64,000 nt of DNA from Acutalibacteraceae bacterium. Its GTDB lineage: Bacteria > Bacillota > Clostridia > Oscillospirales > Acutalibacteraceae. Every line of letters starts with the position of its first letter. The stretch's first letter is position 1. Location of the stretch: positions 16,823-80,822 of the forward strand of contig JAZUQC010000058.1 of NCBI GenBank assembly GCA_045605525.1, given 5' to 3'. The translations under genes and the position numbers were made by a program. This document shows, one piece after another, positions 55,676-64,000 of this stretch. The notes below the pieces were generated by a model that searched no databases, had not been told where the DNA came from, and saw only the letters and a list, made by a program, of their open reading frames with translations.

Positions 55676-57208
55676 ATGAACGATGATATTATGTTTTGTT
55701 ATCAATGCGGCAACAAGCTGATTGACGAAGCTCTTTTTTGTCCTTATTGCGGCACCGCTGTCCGCAGTGCCCAACCCGAACCTGCACCCGCACTCGCACC
55801 GCCGCAACCGACTCCCCTGCCGCCCGTGCCACCCGCGCCGCCTGCACCGCAGCCGATCGTTATAAAGGTTCGCAAATGCTGCATCTGCGGCAATGAATTG
55901 GACAACAACAGCAGTATCTGCGCAAATTGCGGTTGCGATACCGCCAAAACAGGCTTTATTGAAACCGAAAAGACCGTCATGGCGATCACTCCTGCCGATG
56001 CTTGCCCCGAAGCCGTTGCCGTACCTGCCTTGGCGCTGCCGAAAATCCGTCTTTGCAAGGTCTGCGAAAACGTTCTGGACGATGATTCCATGTTCTGCAC
56101 GCACTGCGGCAGCAACCTCACCGCAACCGGCTTCACGGAAAAAACAATTGAAAATGCAACCGAATCGGAAGAACAGGCTTTGGCTGATGTCACGTCCGCA
56201 ATCATTGCAAACAATGAATCCCCCTCGCCGGATGCCGCCAAAAACGAGCCCTTGTCTGCCAAATTCAACAAAAACCTGCTGAAAGAAAAAAGCTTTCAGA
56301 TTCCGATGGCTATTATTCTGGCAATCTTTTTCGGGATCTACCTTTACTGCGTTTCAGATGCAGGCAAAATCCATCGCGCAAGTCTGTATGTGCTCGGCGG
56401 TGCACCTGAAGAAGTTTATTCCGTTCTGCAGGATGTCGGTTCCATGCAGGCAAAAACCCTTATTGCCTTTGCAAATGTGGAAATTGCATATCAGAAGTAT
56501 GAGGATGCCTACGAAGACTCGTCCGACCTGCAGGATGCCACAACTGCCTACACTGACCTGCACAAGGCATTCAACACATTCAAAGAAGAGCAGGATGCCT
56601 TTTATCTGCCCGATACTATGTACAACCGTTATTGCATCTATGAAGCAACATTTGAATATATTGATCAGCTGAACATTCCTCTCAAAAACATGATGACTAT
56701 ATATTTGAATGATTATGAATATGAAACTGCAACAAAAAACAACACATTCACCATAAAGACCTGGCAAAACCGCATTGAAACGTGCAAAGAAGCGTTGAAG
56801 GACTTCAATTCACTTTTTAGTTTTTCATCCCCGCAGACCATCAACATAGGACAAAGTACCCACTATTCTGTGCAAATCGTGTCCCTCAACCCCGGATCCG
56901 ATTTCCCCGAGCTTGGCACTTTACGGTTGGGGGTTAAACTCAGCCGTGAATTGGATGAGTTCAAAAACGGTGTTTCTGACGAAATCGAATATATGGAAGA
57001 CGAAATTGAATCACTGTTGGAGAGCTGGGATGCAGATGACAGATTGAACAACAAGAATCCGGATGCAGATTATGCCGTTTCGCTGTATTCGGATATTCTG
57101 CAGGACATTAACGGAATCACAACCGTCAACAAAAACGTAACCGTTCTGCGCAATATGATCAACGAAGATATTCTGTACTACGCATTGAACGGAAAAATAG
57201 GACGATAA
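55676..57208 (+). CDS. Triple zinc-ribbon / single-pass membrane protein, paralog of 54387..55661
   Basis: AAGGGAGA RBS. It has three CxxC..CxxC ribbons (CYQCG..CPYCG, CCICG..CANCG, CKVCE..CTHCG) separated by a Pro-rich linker. A TM helix and an ectodomain follow. The ectodomain shares FYLPDT/YYLPET, LSREL and a C-terminal ILYYALNGK / MIYYFLSGGK with the previous gene. Confidence 0.72.
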   Translation: MNDDIMFCYQCGNKLIDEALFCPYCGTAVRSAQPEPAPALAPPQPTPLPPVPPAPPAPQPIVIKVRKCCICGNELDNNSSICANCGCDTAKTGFIETEKTVMAITPADACPEAVAVPALALPKIRLCKVCENVLDDDSMFCTHCGSNLTATGFTEKTIENATESEEQALADVTSAIIANNESPSPDAAKNEPLSAKFNKNLLKEKSFQIPMAIILAIFFGIYLYCVSDAGKIHRASLYVLGGAPEEVYSVLQDVGSMQAKTLIAFANVEIAYQKYEDAYEDSSDLQDATTAYTDLHKAFNTFKEEQDAFYLPDTMYNRYCIYEATFEYIDQLNIPLKNMMTIYLNDYEYETATKNNTFTIKTWQNRIETCKEALKDFNSLFSFSSPQTINIGQSTHYSVQIVSLNPGSDFPELGTLRLGVKLSRELDEFKNGVSDEIEYMEDEIESLLESWDADDRLNNKNPDADYAVSLYSDILQDINGITTVNKNVTVLRNMINEDILYYALNGKIGR

Positions 57209-57225
57209 AAAGGAGAATATGAAAA

Positions 57226-57969
57226 ATGATCTGCAAAAACTGTCAGCAAGAAAACGCAGCCGATGCGCTGTTCTGCAAATATTGCGGAACACCCATGAAT
57301 GTTCAGGAAGAAGCTCCTGTACAGGAAGAACAATTGAATTTGCTTCAAAATGATCAGACTGAAGCAGCACAAGCAGAACCTGAACAAACAGAATCGGATA
57401 TCAATTCAACTGAACCGCCTGAACAAAACGTACAGAAAAACATGACCGACACACAAAATATAATAAAAAAAGAACCGCTCATCACCATCAATCCTGCGGT
57501 TGTTGAGCAAGCAAAGGTCTACAAAGACGAAGCAATCTCACAGGCGAAAGTATATGCAGGAGAAGCTGTTAAAGGTGCAAAGATTGGTGCAGAAAAGTTA
57601 AAAGGACTCAGCAAAAAACAAAAGCAGATACTTTTGGGTATTGTTGCTGCCATTCTGCTGATTGTTGTAATTGCAAATTTCAACAAAGGACCCGAAGAAA
57701 AAATAATCGGAACATGGGAAGTCAGTGCCCGTAGTCAAAATGAAAGTTTAAGATACTACCCCGAAGATGATATACGGTTTATTGAAAACGGTATCTGTCA
57801 TGTAGATGGCACTTCTTTTTCTTATTATTTTGAGGGTGACTCTTTGTATCTTGATAGTATGTGGGGAGATTATGCATATTACTATGAATTCAGAAGCGGT
57901 CAATTGGTTTTGAAAGAACATACCAAAGATGCTGATGATCCTTGGATTTATTACAATAAGATTTCATAA
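57226..57969 (+). CDS. Zinc-ribbon / single-pass membrane protein with a small beta-rich ectodomain
   Basis: AGGAG lies 10 nt upstream. The N-terminus is MICKNCQQENAADALFCKYCG, followed by a TM helix (ILLGIVAAILLIVVIANF). The ~90 aa C-terminal domain contains IIGTWEV, which looks lipocalin-like. Confidence 0.68.
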   Translation: MICKNCQQENAADALFCKYCGTPMNVQEEAPVQEEQLNLLQNDQTEAAQAEPEQTESDINSTEPPEQNVQKNMTDTQNIIKKEPLITINPAVVEQAKVYKDEAISQAKVYAGEAVKGAKIGAEKLKGLSKKQKQILLGIVAAILLIVVIANFNKGPEEKIIGTWEVSARSQNESLRYYPEDDIRFIENGICHVDGTSFSYYFEGDSLYLDSMWGDYAYYYEFRSGQLVLKEHTKDADDPWIYYNKIS

Positions 57970-57977
57970 AAAACAGT

Positions 57978-58025
57978 CAAAAAAGGATTGCTCCATCACG
58001 GGATGCAATCCTTCTTATTTTTGTT
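57978..58025. terminator. Bidirectional intrinsic terminator
   Basis: The stem AAGGATTGC...GCAATCCTT (57983-58013) is flanked by an A-run and a T-run, between convergent genes. Confidence 0.75.
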
Positions 58026-58027
58026 CC

Positions 58028-60034
58028 TTATTCCAAAACAAGATATCCGCAGGGCGGGACGATGACATTGCCGTTGAGGGCTTCGTCGGTCATGACATTT
58101 TTATATTCTCTGCCGAGGGTTACGGTGCGGTCGGAATCGGTAAAATTGAGCACAAACAGCAGCTCGCCTCTTTTTCTGACTTCCAGACCGTCCTCGGCAG
58201 TGACATCGGGTGCATCGGTCGGAATGCCGAGTTCGTTTATCAGGCTTTCGCAGACATCGTCGCACAGGTCTTTGTCATTGCGGAAAGCAACATACCACGC
58301 CTTGCCGTTTTTATAGTGGTTGACGGTCACGGACGGCATTCCCGCATAAAAATCATCCTTGTATTCGCCGAGCACTTTGGCGGTGTTTGCATGGATGATG
58401 TCGCACACATGATGAATTTCATATTCCTTGCCGTTGAAAGTGGCACGGTTCTTCACATTTGCGGGCAGAGAGTCGGTTTCTTCCATCCGGATGCCGAACA
58501 CGTTTTTGAGTTCTTCTGCTGGCCAGCCGCCGAGATAACACAGGTCGTCCTTATCCACAACGCCCGTCAGATACGTCGCCACAAAATTGCCGCCGTTTGC
58601 AACATACTTTTCGATGCGTTCCTTTGTGCCGTTTTTGAGCATATACAAGAACGGAGCAATGACAAGATCATATTTACCGAAATCGGCATCCATGGGAATG
58701 ACATCCGTGCTGATGCCGCGTTTTCTGAACGGTGCATACCAACGGATACATTCGCCGAGATAATTGCGGTGCTCGTTGTTGAAGCCGCAAAACGCATCCG
58801 TTGCCCAGCGGTTTTCCCAGTCATAGACAATGGCAACCCTGCTGTTACTGTAAGCACCGACAACAGCGGACAGTTTTTCGATTGCCTTGCCCGTATTGGT
58901 CACATCGCGGAAGACTCTTGTGTTTTCATGGCCGCAATGATCCACCACCGCACCGTGGTATTTTTCGTGGCTGCCGCGGCTTTTTCTCCACTGAAAATAC
59001 TGCACACTGTCCGAGCCGTGGGCTATGGCTTGCATGGCGGAAAGTTGTTGCACACCGGAACGGGGCAGTTTGTTGATGGGATGCCAGTTGACCAAAGACG
59101 GCGTACTTTCCATCATAAAGAACGGCTGTCCGTCCTTCATACTGCGAAACACATCGTGCACAAATGCGGTTTCAAGGGATTCGTAATCGTTGTTGCCCTT
59201 GTCCCATGCAGGGTAGTTATCCCACGAAACGATGTCAAGCTTTTTCGCCAGCTTCTGATAATCAATGCCTGTATACATCCGCATGAGGTTTGCGGTGACG
59301 GGGATATCGGGCGTCAGCTCACGCAAGGGGGCAATCTCATTTTCAAAGAATGAAATGTGGCTGTCGGACACAAAGCGTTTCCATGCAAGCACCAACGGAG
59401 ACGAGCAGACCTCACCCCTGTATTTCGGGGAACGGATCTGACTCCAGTCGGTGACGGTATGCGACCAGAAATGGTTCCACCACTGACGGTTGAGCTCGTC
59501 AAGGTCGTTGTGATATTCGCCTTTCAGCCATTCCTGAAAGGCTTTCTGACACAGTTCGCAGTGGCATTCGCCCGAATATTCATTGGAAATGTGCCACATT
59601 TTTACGGCAGGGTGCTTGCCGTAACGCTCGGCTAAAATGCGGTTCATGTTGCGCACCTTTTCGCGGTAAACAGGGCTTGTCAGACAATGGTTGTGCCGCA
59701 CGCCAAACTCATTGCGGATGCCGTTTTCCTGCACCTGCAACACTTCGGGATATCTGTCGGACAGCCAGTGCGGTCTTGCACCCGACGGTGTGGCAAGCAC
59801 GGCATCAATACCGTTTGCGTGCATTTTATCAAGAATGGTATCCAGCCATTCAAAATTGTAAACACCCTCCTCAGGTTCGAGGATTGCCCATGAGAAAATC
59901 CCCACACTTGCAGAATTTACGTGTGCAAGCTTCATCAATCTCATGTCTTCATCCCATATTTCGGGGGTGCGGATCCACTGCTCGGGGTTATAATCGCCGC
60001 CGTGGACAATATGATCAAAAAATGCTTTTTTCAT
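58028..60034 (-). CDS. GH42 beta-galactosidase
   Basis: The N-terminus HGGDYNPEQW and the WHISNEY acid/base region are typical of family 42. Length is 668 aa. Confidence 0.88.
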   Translation of the reverse strand: MKKAFFDHIVHGGDYNPEQWIRTPEIWDEDMRLMKLAHVNSASVGIFSWAILEPEEGVYNFEWLDTILDKMHANGIDAVLATPSGARPHWLSDRYPEVLQVQENGIRNEFGVRHNHCLTSPVYREKVRNMNRILAERYGKHPAVKMWHISNEYSGECHCELCQKAFQEWLKGEYHNDLDELNRQWWNHFWSHTVTDWSQIRSPKYRGEVCSSPLVLAWKRFVSDSHISFFENEIAPLRELTPDIPVTANLMRMYTGIDYQKLAKKLDIVSWDNYPAWDKGNNDYESLETAFVHDVFRSMKDGQPFFMMESTPSLVNWHPINKLPRSGVQQLSAMQAIAHGSDSVQYFQWRKSRGSHEKYHGAVVDHCGHENTRVFRDVTNTGKAIEKLSAVVGAYSNSRVAIVYDWENRWATDAFCGFNNEHRNYLGECIRWYAPFRKRGISTDVIPMDADFGKYDLVIAPFLYMLKNGTKERIEKYVANGGNFVATYLTGVVDKDDLCYLGGWPAEELKNVFGIRMEETDSLPANVKNRATFNGKEYEIHHVCDIIHANTAKVLGEYKDDFYAGMPSVTVNHYKNGKAWYVAFRNDKDLCDDVCESLINELGIPTDAPDVTAEDGLEVRKRGELLFVLNFTDSDRTVTLGREYKNVMTDEALNGNVIVPPCGYLVLE

Positions 60035-60043
60035 TTTGTTTCC

Positions 60044-61042
60044 TCACATCAGTGTACTTTCATATTCATAATTTTCAACGCATTCGGAAGAACGCACCAT
60101 ATAGGTTTTCACATGCCACGGGTCGGCTTCATCCACTTCCACAATTCTGCCGCCGCGCAGATCCCCTGCACAGTAGCCGTCATAGCCGAGACCTGCATCG
60201 TAGGTCAGCTTGATGCCGAGATATTCGCCTTCCGTGTCATTGATATGGTCATGCCCGCAGACAACGGTTTTGATGTCACCGCGTTGTACCATGGTGGCAA
60301 AAAGTCCCGTGTTGACTGGCCCCGATCCGACCGTTTCACGCATGGTGCCTTTGTATTTCGTCTGTGCGGGATTGCGGTAAGGCAGAACATATTCAGGCAA
60401 AGCAATATGAAATGCCATCATACCCGGTACTTTGCCACCGTTTTCGGTTTCGATTTGCTTGGAAGTATTCCAGTACCACATGATCTGATCAAAGCGAATC
60501 ACATCATAGCCCGAGGACACATACAGCGGATCGTCCAGTTTTGCAAGACGGCTGTCACGTGCAAATCCGTAATCTTCCAGAAAATCACCGATTCCTCTGC
60601 CCGAATCAAGCCCCCACACATTGAAGACGGTCTTTTCGCCTTGTTCGTCTTTGATCTGCAAGACCCAGTTGCCCGTTCCGCTGATGTCTTCGGGGCCTGC
60701 AACGGAAAGACAGCCCTCAATCTGTTCATATACGGGTTGCTGGTCTTTGACAGGAAATCCTTTTTCGGCATCGTGGTTGCCGAACACATGTGCCCACGGA
60801 ATATTGCGGTCATTCAGAGGCTTCACCAGAGCGGTGATGAAATTTCGGAGTGTTTCGGGGGTTTCGGCACCGTCACGCCATACATTATCCCCCAAAAAGA
60901 GAACGAGATCGGGTTGCACTTTATCAACAATCGCGGTAAGGTCACGGAACACTCTTGTGTCATAGTCCTTGACACCGTGCACATCCGAAAAGCAGGCAAT
61001 TCTGAATTTTCCGTTTTTGAATCTGAGGTCTTTTGTTTGCAT
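60044..61042 (-). CDS. Calcineurin-like metallophosphoesterase
   Basis: Motifs are CFSDVHG, LGDNV, GNHD and CGHDH. I chose the ATG at 61042 (AAAGGAA upstream). The track start at 61282 would overlap the divergent gtrA-like gene and adds non-homologous hydrophobic sequence. Confidence 0.78.
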   Translation of the reverse strand: MQTKDLRFKNGKFRIACFSDVHGVKDYDTRVFRDLTAIVDKVQPDLVLFLGDNVWRDGAETPETLRNFITALVKPLNDRNIPWAHVFGNHDAEKGFPVKDQQPVYEQIEGCLSVAGPEDISGTGNWVLQIKDEQGEKTVFNVWGLDSGRGIGDFLEDYGFARDSRLAKLDDPLYVSSGYDVIRFDQIMWYWNTSKQIETENGGKVPGMMAFHIALPEYVLPYRNPAQTKYKGTMRETVGSGPVNTGLFATMVQRGDIKTVVCGHDHINDTEGEYLGIKLTYDAGLGYDGYCAGDLRGGRIVEVDEADPWHVKTYMVRSSECVENYEYESTLM

Positions 61043-61190
61043 AACAGACCGTTCCTTTCTTTTTCTGTTCATATTGTATAATAGTTGCAATAAAAAATCA
61101 AGCAAAATCATACAATCTGCCGTCACACTCTTGCATTTTGCAGAACAAAGTAATATAATAAAAACAACATAATACAGGAGGCTTTTCATT

Positions 61191-61607
61191 ATGAAAAAAA
61201 GTGATGCCGTGCAGGCGGTCAAATTTGCACTCTTTTCCGCTTCGGCGGGCATAATCGAGGTCGTTGCATTCACCTTGCTCAATGAAGTGGTGAAACTTTC
61301 TTACTGGCCTGCCTACTTAATTGCACTGGTGCTGTCCGTCCTCTGGAATTTCACCTTCAACCGCCGCTACACCTTTAAATCCGCAGCAAATATTCCCGTT
61401 GCCATGGCAAAAGTTGCAGGTTTTTATCTTGTGTTCACGCCGCTGTCCACATGGTTGGGGAATATGGCTGAACAAAGCGGCATCAATGAATACATCGTTC
61501 TTGCCGTGACGATGCTTGCAAACTTCATACTCGAATACCTGTTCTGCAAATTCGTCGTTTACCGCGGTCAGGAAAACACCCGCGAAGAAAAACCCAAAGA
61601 GCAATAA
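61191..61607 (+). CDS. GtrA-family membrane protein
   Basis: AGGAGG RBS. 138 aa with 4 TM segments, and WNFTFNRRYTFKS is the GtrA-like motif. Confidence 0.78.
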   Translation: MKKSDAVQAVKFALFSASAGIIEVVAFTLLNEVVKLSYWPAYLIALVLSVLWNFTFNRRYTFKSAANIPVAMAKVAGFYLVFTPLSTWLGNMAEQSGINEYIVLAVTMLANFILEYLFCKFVVYRGQENTREEKPKEQ

Positions 61608-61614
61608 TTAAGGA

Positions 61615-61651
61615 AGCTGTTGCATCAGATCAATGCAACAGCTCCTTGTTT
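61615..61651. terminator. Bidirectional intrinsic terminator
   Basis: The stem AGCTGTTGCAT...ATGCAACAGCT (61615-61643) is followed by CCTTGTTTTTA. Confidence 0.7.
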
Positions 61652-62554
61652 TTATTCAAACAGATAGTTACCGACATACTCCGCAAACAGCTCATCTGTC
61701 TTTGTTGTACTGTCGGGGTCATTGTCCAGCCCGTGACCGGAGTTCGGAAAAACAACAAAAGCATGTTTCACACCGAACTCGGTCAGTTTTGCATCCAATG
61801 CAACCGCGTTGGAATACGGAATAAAGTAATCTCTCGGGCCGTGCAGAATCAAGGTCGGCACGGTATTTTCATTTACATGGAAGAACGGTGAGTATTCCTT
61901 TATTTTTTCTTCAAAATCCTTGCGTGTTTCGTAGGTATATTTTTCGCCGATGGCATACGAAAACAGCATTTCGACCTTATCCTTACCTAAAAGATTATTG
62001 GGAGCATAAAAGTTATCGTCCGTCAGATCACTCGGTCCGCATTCAGAGCAGACAAACGCAACAGGTACACGGCAGGTATCGGCATATGCATAGGCATACA
62101 GCATAGAAAGATGGCCGCCTGAAGAGTGCCCGCGCAGGGCTACCTTTGTGATCTGCACACCGTTTTCTTCGGCAATTGTGCAGATTGCATCAATGGATGC
62201 CCCGACATCCTGCATCAGCACATCCATGGTGGTGTCTTCCGACAGAAAACGGTAGCCGATGGTGGCAGCCGCCACACCGAATTGATCGCAATAGTCCATT
62301 GCGGTTTGTGCATAAGTGCTTTTGCTGCCGCGAATCCATTCACCGCCGTGAATAAAGACAATAAGAGGAAGCTCTTTTTCGTTCCCCGCAGGCAGAAACA
62401 GATCGAAGACCTGCTGTTCATCTTCACCGTAGGCAATGTTTTCAAGGTCAATTCTTGCCTCTCTTCCGCCGCAGCCGACAAGGCAGAGCAATAAAACGCC
62501 TGTCAGCAAAAAACAAATTATACCTTTTGCTATCATATTTTTTTTGTTCATCAT
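61652..62554 (-). CDS. Alpha/beta-hydrolase lipoprotein (esterase/lipase-like)
   Basis: The signal peptide has the lipobox LLCLVGCGG. VFIHGGEW (oxyanion HGG) and RGHSSGGH (GxSxG) are present. Confidence 0.8.
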   Translation of the reverse strand: MMNKKNMIAKGIICFLLTGVLLLCLVGCGGREARIDLENIAYGEDEQQVFDLFLPAGNEKELPLIVFIHGGEWIRGSKSTYAQTAMDYCDQFGVAAATIGYRFLSEDTTMDVLMQDVGASIDAICTIAEENGVQITKVALRGHSSGGHLSMLYAYAYADTCRVPVAFVCSECGPSDLTDDNFYAPNNLLGKDKVEMLFSYAIGEKYTYETRKDFEEKIKEYSPFFHVNENTVPTLILHGPRDYFIPYSNAVALDAKLTEFGVKHAFVVFPNSGHGLDNDPDSTTKTDELFAEYVGNYLFE

Positions 62555-62723
62555 TTTTCTCTCCGTTTGATGCCTTTTTCATTAAAGTACCACACTCATA
62601 AAAAGAAGTCAAGTAACGGCAAAAAAGTCCGCTTTCTTACAGGTGTTTTTTGTTGCAAAAAATATTTTCGTGTGCTATAATATTTGTTTGGAATGAGAAA
62701 ATAAAAGAAACGGGGGTACATAT

Positions 62724-64000
62724 ATGGCGAAACAGGCACCCTGCAAACAGGAAGACAACAAAGAAAACGTATACAAACACAATGCACCGACAAAAAAGAT
62801 CATTGCACGTTTTCTGCCCTATTACAAAAAACACCGAAAGACCTTTGTGTTTGACCTGTGCTGTGCTGCACTGACCACCGTCTGCGAGTTGATTCTGCCG
62901 ATGATTGTACGCACCATCACCAATGCCGCAACAGGCGAAGACGGTGCTGTGCTGACCCCCGGACTGATTTTAGGCATGGGCGGTGCATATCTGTTCATGC
63001 GAGTGGTTGACACCTTCGCAAACTATTATATGGCAGCCATGGGACACATCATGGGCACCCGCATTGAAACCGACCTGCGAAAAGACCTGTTCGGTCATCT
63101 GCAGAAATTGTCCTTTTCTTATTTCAACAACGCAAAAGTCGGTGTGCTGATGTCAAGGCTTACCAACGACCTGTTCGACATCACCGAATTTGCCCACCAC
63201 TGCCCCGAAGAATTCTTCATTGCGGGCATCAAAATTCTCGGTTCGGGCATTATTCTGAGTTTCATCAACATTCCGCTGACTCTCATCATCCTGTGCATGA
63301 TTCCGATTATGATCCTGTGCCTGTTACGTGTCAACCGCCGTATGCGTGACGGATTCCGCGAACAACGCAAAAAGGTCGGCGAGCTGAATGCCGACATTGA
63401 AGATTCGCTTCTCGGTATTCATGTTGTCAAGGCATTTGCAGGCGAAGAAAAGGAAAAAGAAAAATTCCGCAAAGGTAACGAGGCATTTCTTGCCGTGAAA
63501 TCCGCCGTTTACAAGCTGATGGGCACATTCACAAGCACATCCCGCTTTTTTGACGGTGCAATGTATATTGTGGTTGTCATCTTGGGTGCATTTTTCATCC
63601 TTTGGGGCAAGATCAATGCCGCTGACCTGATCGCCTATCTGCTGTATGTGACCACCCTGTTCTCGTCCGTACGCAGAATCGTGGACTTTTCCGAACAGTT
63701 CAACCGCGGACTTACGGGCATTGAACGTTTTGCCGAAATCATGGACACCGAACCCGACATTGAAAACGTCCCCGATGCGGTGGACATCGGCAGAGCCGAA
63801 GGCAATATCACATTCAACAATGTCAGTTTTCATTATAACGACGGTGCGGATGTCATACATAACTTCAATTTAGATGTCAAAAAAGGACAAAGCATTGCCC
63901 TTGTCGGCCCGTCGGGTGCAGGCAAGACCACACTTTGCAGTCTGATTCCCCGTTTTTACGACATCACCGCGGGTGAAATCCTGCTTGACGGCATGGATAT
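62724..64000 (+). CDS. ABC exporter, fused permease/ATPase (type 1 exporter), truncated by the window end
   Basis: It is open from the ATG at 62724 (GGGGG RBS) to the window end, and is absent from the ORF track because there is no stop. There are six TM segments, then the Walker A motif GPSGAGKTT near 63905. Confidence 0.85.
   Translation, partial: MAKQAPCKQEDNKENVYKHNAPTKKIIARFLPYYKKHRKTFVFDLCCAALTTVCELILPMIVRTITNAATGEDGAVLTPGLILGMGGAYLFMRVVDTFANYYMAAMGHIMGTRIETDLRKDLFGHLQKLSFSYFNNAKVGVLMSRLTNDLFDITEFAHHCPEEFFIAGIKILGSGIILSFINIPLTLIILCMIPIMILCLLRVNRRMRDGFREQRKKVGELNADIEDSLLGIHVVKAFAGEEKEKEKFRKGNEAFLAVKSAVYKLMGTFTSTSRFFDGAMYIVVVILGAFFILWGKINAADLIAYLLYVTTLFSSVRRIVDFSEQFNRGLTGIERFAEIMDTEPDIENVPDAVDIGRAEGNITFNNVSFHYNDGADVIHNFNLDVKKGQSIALVGPSGAGKTTLCSLIPRFYDITAGEILLDGMD

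Noticed and set aside
60044-61282. The extended 412-aa version of the metallophosphoesterase ORF.
   Set aside because: The first 80 codons overlap the divergent gtrA-like gene and its promoter, encode non-homologous hydrophobic sequence and lack an RBS. The ATG at 61042 is followed within 20 residues by the first conserved DxH motif.

Overview
This looks like a chromosomal segment from a Firmicute. It is most consistent with an Oscillospiraceae/Ruminococcus-type gut anaerobe: three secreted proteins end in duplicated dockerin repeats, groESL carries a CIRCE operator, and thiT sits behind a TPP riboswitch. By eye I can support about 55 protein genes, one tRNA-His, one TPP riboswitch, one CIRCE operator, three consensus SigA-type promoters and a set of intrinsic terminators. 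Gene content is housekeeping plus envelope and accessory metabolism: groESL, tmk, rsmA, nadE, two pseudouridine synthases, thiamine salvage, a FucU/FGGY-kinase pair, GH18, GH42, transporters, two ENPP-like phosphoesterases, an LCP protein and the start of an ABC exporter. I saw no integrase, transposase, cas, reverse transcriptase, restriction or other canonical mobile or defence genes, so much of the window is ordinary. Four things are least explained by standard annotation. (1) Four intergenic islands (8157-8464, 16146-16663, 37983-38167, 51875-52260) are built from short hairpin modules, with compensatory stem changes between copies and recurrent C-GAA-G triloops. (2) A divergent XRE regulator faces four tandem zinc-ribbon single-pass membrane proteins (52317-57969). 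(3) A tight operon places a sphingosine-1-phosphate-lyase-family PLP enzyme between two polytopic membrane proteins (10846-15096). (4) A FliB-like lysine methylase sits in a non-flagellar surface-protein context (24750-29665). All functional calls come from motif recognition by eye and recalled family knowledge. No database search or computation was run.
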